From a candidate division WOR-3 bacterium (GTDB taxonomy: Bacteria; Hydrothermota; Tepidihabitantia; SM23-42; JAOAFX01), in the NCBI GenBank assembly GCA_039802265.1, contig JBDRWI010000027.1, positions 1-28,606 on the forward strand: a stretch of 28,606 bases of DNA, read 5' to 3'. How positions within the stretch are numbered: position 1 is the stretch's first letter; each line of letters opens with the position of its first letter. The translations under genes were made by a program, and so were the position numbers. Positions 25,154 to 28,606 of this stretch are shown piece after piece. The notes beneath the pieces were generated by a model. That model worked only from the letters and a program-made list of their open reading frames with translations, made no database searches and had not been told where the DNA came from.

Positions 25154-28042
25154 TTAACGGACCAGAATTATCTTTTCGGTACTGTTAATGTTATCACCGA
25201 TAATCCTTACAAAATAAATCCCCGGTCCAGCTTTCCGTCCCTGATTATCCATTCCCTTCCATACTACACCTTTAGTTCCTTTTAAGTCCTCATAGCCTTT
25301 TATGAGCCGTCCCAGTACATCATAAATCTTCAATTCCCTCACAGCCTCAGTATCGAAACTGATATAGAAACTATTGCTACTAACACGCGGCAGGACCGAA
25401 ATCGTTGATTTATGTAAAACATCCTTTTCTTTTACTGCGCCTGAAGGTGCCCCTCCACATAGGGCAAGGAGATGGGCAACACCATTGGTAGATTGTGTAC
25501 CCACAACGACATCCGGGTATCCGTCAAAACTGATATCACCTACAGCCCTAATTGAATAGATCAATTTCCCTTCGTTATACGACCATATCAAATCACCATC
25601 TACCCCACTGAGACAGTATACAATCCCTGGTGTTTGATTCCCGAATAGAATATCAAATTTACCATCACCATCAATGTCGCTTATCGCATCGGTGGTCCAG
25701 ACATTACTATTAGCAGGATATGTCCAGAAGACATTACCGTTCAGGCTATTAAGCACATAGAATGTTGAACCAAGACTTGCTACTCCAATCCCCGGGATAT
25801 TGTTCGCAATGAGGTCGGGAATGGCAACCACCTTGATAACCAAACCGCCGACATAACGCGCCCATATTCTTGAACCACTTAAACCACTTAAGCAGAAAAC
25901 CGAATCACTCCAGGTTCCAGCAATTACATCGGGAATATTATCCCCGCTCACATCCGGTATTGATATCACCGACATCACATCACCACCACAGTAATATGAC
26001 CACAGGGGTGTATATACTACACCACTTGAACCACCGCTGATACAATATACCCGGCGGTCAAGGCTGTTACCCCAGGCGCCACATATGGCATCAACAATAC
26101 CATCACCATTCACATCATTAATCCAGTTAACACTACCAATTGCATCCTGTGCCCGGAAGCGCCAGATAATATCACCGGTCGCCCCGGAAAAGCAATAAAT
26201 GCTACGCGGTCCACCCGCTGGTGTGTTATTGCCACCAACACCCGCAAGTACCTCACCAATGTTATCGCCATTTATATCGGGCATTGGTTTCACCGAATAG
26301 ACCCAGCCGCCTTCACCATCATACCAGTGGGTATCATAACGCCAGATTACCTGGCCCGTTGCACCATCAATTGTATATACCGACCGGTCGCCCCAGGCAG
26401 TTCCCAAAATAATGTCCGAAATTCCATCATTATTGTAGTCATCGCCCAGAATAAGACAGTCATCACCCCAGGAACCGGAAGTTGTATCATCACCAAATTT
26501 CCATCGCAAAACACCTTGATTTGAACTATTTCCCCAAAATACATTAAGATGTTGAACCGTCTCTCCACCGGCATTATAAGACTCTGCGGCAACATCATGT
26601 ATTCCATCGCCATTTATATCACCAATGTCTGCAACACAGACAACATTATCCGGAAAGTTATACATCCATAGTAAATCACCACCCTGGGGGAGTGTAGTAT
26701 CAATACTGGCACTCAACTGAATAAGAGTTGGACTTGACGGGTCATTGCTGAATATACTCGCCGTGCCATTGTAACTGCCACTTCCGGTTGCCCTCGTTAT
26801 TGTTTGCACTTCAGCGGTATCAAGGCAGGGGACCACAACAGGATATGTTTCTCTTCCACTGAAAAACCTGAAATCACTGAAGATTATACTATCAATAATA
26901 AGCGGCGGATAACCTCCGTTTATTATCTGCAAGTAAAAATCCTTAACACAGTTTTTCCGCACAAGGTCAAAATTATGACTCGTCTCTGATGGATTTAAGA
27001 AGGGCTGGGCAAAAACCCCCCTTCCTTCAAGAAAGACAAGTGTCGTCTCATTGACCGGGTCGTTAGAAAGAATCACTAAGTTGGAACTGTAGTAGACATT
27101 GGTATCGGGCTGAAAATAGACTGTAATATTTGTATCAGAATCAGGGGCAAGATTCAAGGGAAAGGATAAAGGAGAGATAAAAAAGACTGGATTCAATGAC
27201 CAGATAGAATCCAATGTTAGAAGACCGCTGCCGATATTGGCGATATTTAGGGTAAAGGAAAAGGTTGAATCAAGGGGAACAAATCCAAAATTATAACTCG
27301 TTGGTGTTATCTGAATATCCGGTGTCCCACCACCCTGTAAATCAATCTGATAGGCAACAAAGCCCGTTGAAGATGAGCCACGAGCAATCACCCATAGGTA
27401 ATTCCCATCCCAGGCAAGGCCCCAGGGTCTATTCCCTGGTGAATCAAGGGAATCAATTATCTGTTTTGTAATGACATCAATCTTGTATATTCTATGTGTC
27501 CCACCATAATTACCATCATTGCAGACCCAGAGATACAATCCATCCCAGGTCGCACCCCAGGGTTGGGGTAACGATGGTATATCAATACTATCAAGGGCAC
27601 TGCCATTATTCTTTTGAATCTTATACACCCTGCCGTCAGGACTGTAATAAACACAATGCCACAAATTTACCCCATCATTGGCAAGACCTGCCATATATTC
27701 TTTATGGGCAGGGATTGCATTGACCCTGGTTCCATTTATTGTATCAATTAAATAGACTGAATCGGTTCCGGTCAAATGGTCTGATACCCAGAGATTACCC
27801 TGGTCAAATGCCAGTCCATAACAATCCGCATTCTGCCGCCATCTTATCTTTTTCAGGATTGTACCATCGACGGGATTTAATTTGTAGATTGTATCACCAT
27901 TCACGCCATAAGCACCGCACCACAGATAACTCCCATCCCAGGCAAGACCTGAAGCATTAACCGGTGCGGGTATGGCATTTATCACCCCCTGACTGTAAAT
28001 AAAACCGATGAAGGTTGTTAATAAAAAGGTAAATTTCTTCAT
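25154..28042 (-). CDS. Secreted protein: GLAWDG-repeat propeller, two ASH/choice-of-anchor-D Ig domains, PQQ/FG-GAP-like propeller, FlgD-Ig/T9SS-like C-terminal domain
   Basis: Signal peptide MKKFTFLLTTFIGFIYSQ (SD AAGGAG); repeats GLAWDG/GLAFDQ/GATWDG; SNDP Ig motifs; DxNGDG repeats; IYDVLGRLIK...WKGMDNQG...PGIYFVR. Confidence 0.85.
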   Translation of the reverse strand: MKKFTFLLTTFIGFIYSQGVINAIPAPVNASGLAWDGSYLWCGAYGVNGDTIYKLNPVDGTILKKIRWRQNADCYGLAFDQGNLWVSDHLTGTDSVYLIDTINGTRVNAIPAHKEYMAGLANDGVNLWHCVYYSPDGRVYKIQKNNGSALDSIDIPSLPQPWGATWDGLYLWVCNDGNYGGTHRIYKIDVITKQIIDSLDSPGNRPWGLAWDGNYLWVIARGSSSTGFVAYQIDLQGGGTPDIQITPTSYNFGFVPLDSTFSFTLNIANIGSGLLTLDSIWSLNPVFFISPLSFPLNLAPDSDTNITVYFQPDTNVYYSSNLVILSNDPVNETTLVFLEGRGVFAQPFLNPSETSHNFDLVRKNCVKDFYLQIINGGYPPLIIDSIIFSDFRFFSGRETYPVVVPCLDTAEVQTITRATGSGSYNGTASIFSNDPSSPTLIQLSASIDTTLPQGGDLLWMYNFPDNVVCVADIGDINGDGIHDVAAESYNAGGETVQHLNVFWGNSSNQGVLRWKFGDDTTSGSWGDDCLILGDDYNNDGISDIILGTAWGDRSVYTIDGATGQVIWRYDTHWYDGEGGWVYSVKPMPDINGDNIGEVLAGVGGNNTPAGGPRSIYCFSGATGDIIWRFRAQDAIGSVNWINDVNGDGIVDAICGAWGNSLDRRVYCISGGSSGVVYTPLWSYYCGGDVMSVISIPDVSGDNIPDVIAGTWSDSVFCLSGLSGSRIWARYVGGLVIKVVAIPDLIANNIPGIGVASLGSTFYVLNSLNGNVFWTYPANSNVWTTDAISDIDGDGKFDILFGNQTPGIVYCLSGVDGDLIWSYNEGKLIYSIRAVGDISFDGYPDVVVGTQSTNGVAHLLALCGGAPSGAVKEKDVLHKSTISVLPRVSSNSFYISFDTEAVRELKIYDVLGRLIKGYEDLKGTKGVVWKGMDNQGRKAGPGIYFVRIIGDNINSTEKIILVR

Positions 28043-28097
28043 CCTTACTCCTTTCCGCATTTACGGAAGGTTCTGCCGATTTGAACGGCTAAAGGCT

Positions 28098-28125
28098 TTT
28101 CTCACTTTCTTAAGAAAGTGAGAAA
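28098..28125. repeat. Perfect 28-bp spacerless palindrome
   Basis: tttctcactttctt|aagaaagtgagaaa. Confidence 0.9.
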
Positions 28126-28152
28126 TATTCTATTTGCTGGTGGGCGGGTTTT

Positions 28153-28202
28153 ATCCCCTCACCCTTTCCCTCTCCCTCTGGGAGAGGGAAAGAAAGGGGG
28201 AT
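28153..28202. repeat. BoxC/REP-like palindrome copy F directly after a stop codon
   Basis: atcccctcaccctttccctctccc-tct-gggagagggaaagaaagggggat. Confidence 0.85.
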
Positions 28203-28205
28203 TTA

Positions 28206-28606
28206 TCAGTGCAACAACACCATCTTCTTTGTTTCAGTATAGCCATCGGTCTCCAACCGTAAGAAATAAATGCCCTGAGGAAGTTCTCTTTGATTGTCGT
28301 CTTTTCCGTTCCAGTTGACTTCATAGATACCAACATATTGTTTTGCATCAATAAGAGTTTTCACATACTGCCCGGTGAGATTATAAATTTTTAGCGAGAC
28401 AGCACAGGGTTTTTCAAGACCATATCTGATTCGGGTGGAAGAATAGAATGGATTGGGTTCTATCTGAAGGAAAAAGGGGGTGTTCTTAGCGATGGCAAAA
28501 TCCTCTTCTATTCCAGTAAATGGATAGAACTTACCCCAGATCCGCATTGTATTTGCCGGATGGTTGTTGATATAGTCAGTAAAACCTGAATAGACAATGA
28601 GAAATT
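28206..28606 (-). CDS. 3' end of a secreted protein with FlgD-Ig/T9SS-like C-terminal domain (starts beyond the window)
   Basis: Frame is open from the window edge (FLIVYSGFTDYINNHPANTMRIWGKFYPFTGIEE); PNPF, KIYNLTGQYVKTL, WNGKD, GIYFLRL, KKMVLL. Confidence 0.88.
   Translation of the reverse strand, partial: FLIVYSGFTDYINNHPANTMRIWGKFYPFTGIEEDFAIAKNTPFFLQIEPNPFYSSTRIRYGLEKPCAVSLKIYNLTGQYVKTLIDAKQYVGIYEVNWNGKDDNQRELPQGIYFLRLETDGYTETKKMVLLH

Noticed and set aside
1291..28351. The many short antisense or overlapping ORFs in the track (e.g. 8453-8809, 14785-15285, 17567-18049, 24117-24419, 28118-28318)
   Set aside because: They are shadows of well-supported genes or of repeats, with no motifs or ribosome-binding sites.

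Overview
AT-rich bacterial chromosomal window with about 24 CDSs and no rRNA, tRNA, CRISPR array, transposase or integrase. Secreted proteins with FlgD-Ig/T9SS-like C-terminal domains suggest an FCB-related lineage such as candidate division WOR-3 (inference). Gene order: a partial secreted protein (-); an ispD-dxr-rseP operon continuing into a degenerate B12/radical-SAM-fold gene and a PorV-like+TPR gene (+); a minus-strand block of PHP hydrolase, a tandemly duplicated [large TPR protein + ExeA-like AAA ATPase] module, fused ftcD and hutI; an ECF sigma / ZAS anti-sigma pair preceded by a chimeric lipoprotein and a zincin; a hydrogenase-maturation protease and a canonical B12 radical SAM (+); a hypothetical; a ClpB/ClpC hybrid ATPase; and two secreted CTD proteins (-). 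Most notable: (1) the chimeric pseudo-hydrolase/DUF2723-like/TPR lipoprotein next to the ECF pair, (2) the duplicated TPR-ExeA module, (3) a radical-SAM paralog with CxCx7C instead of CxxxCxxC, (4) eight sigma70-type promoters that all have a 16-bp spacer, several leaderless, and (5) several families of small palindromic repeats, one translated in frame inside the anti-sigma factor. All calls are by eye; no database searches were run.
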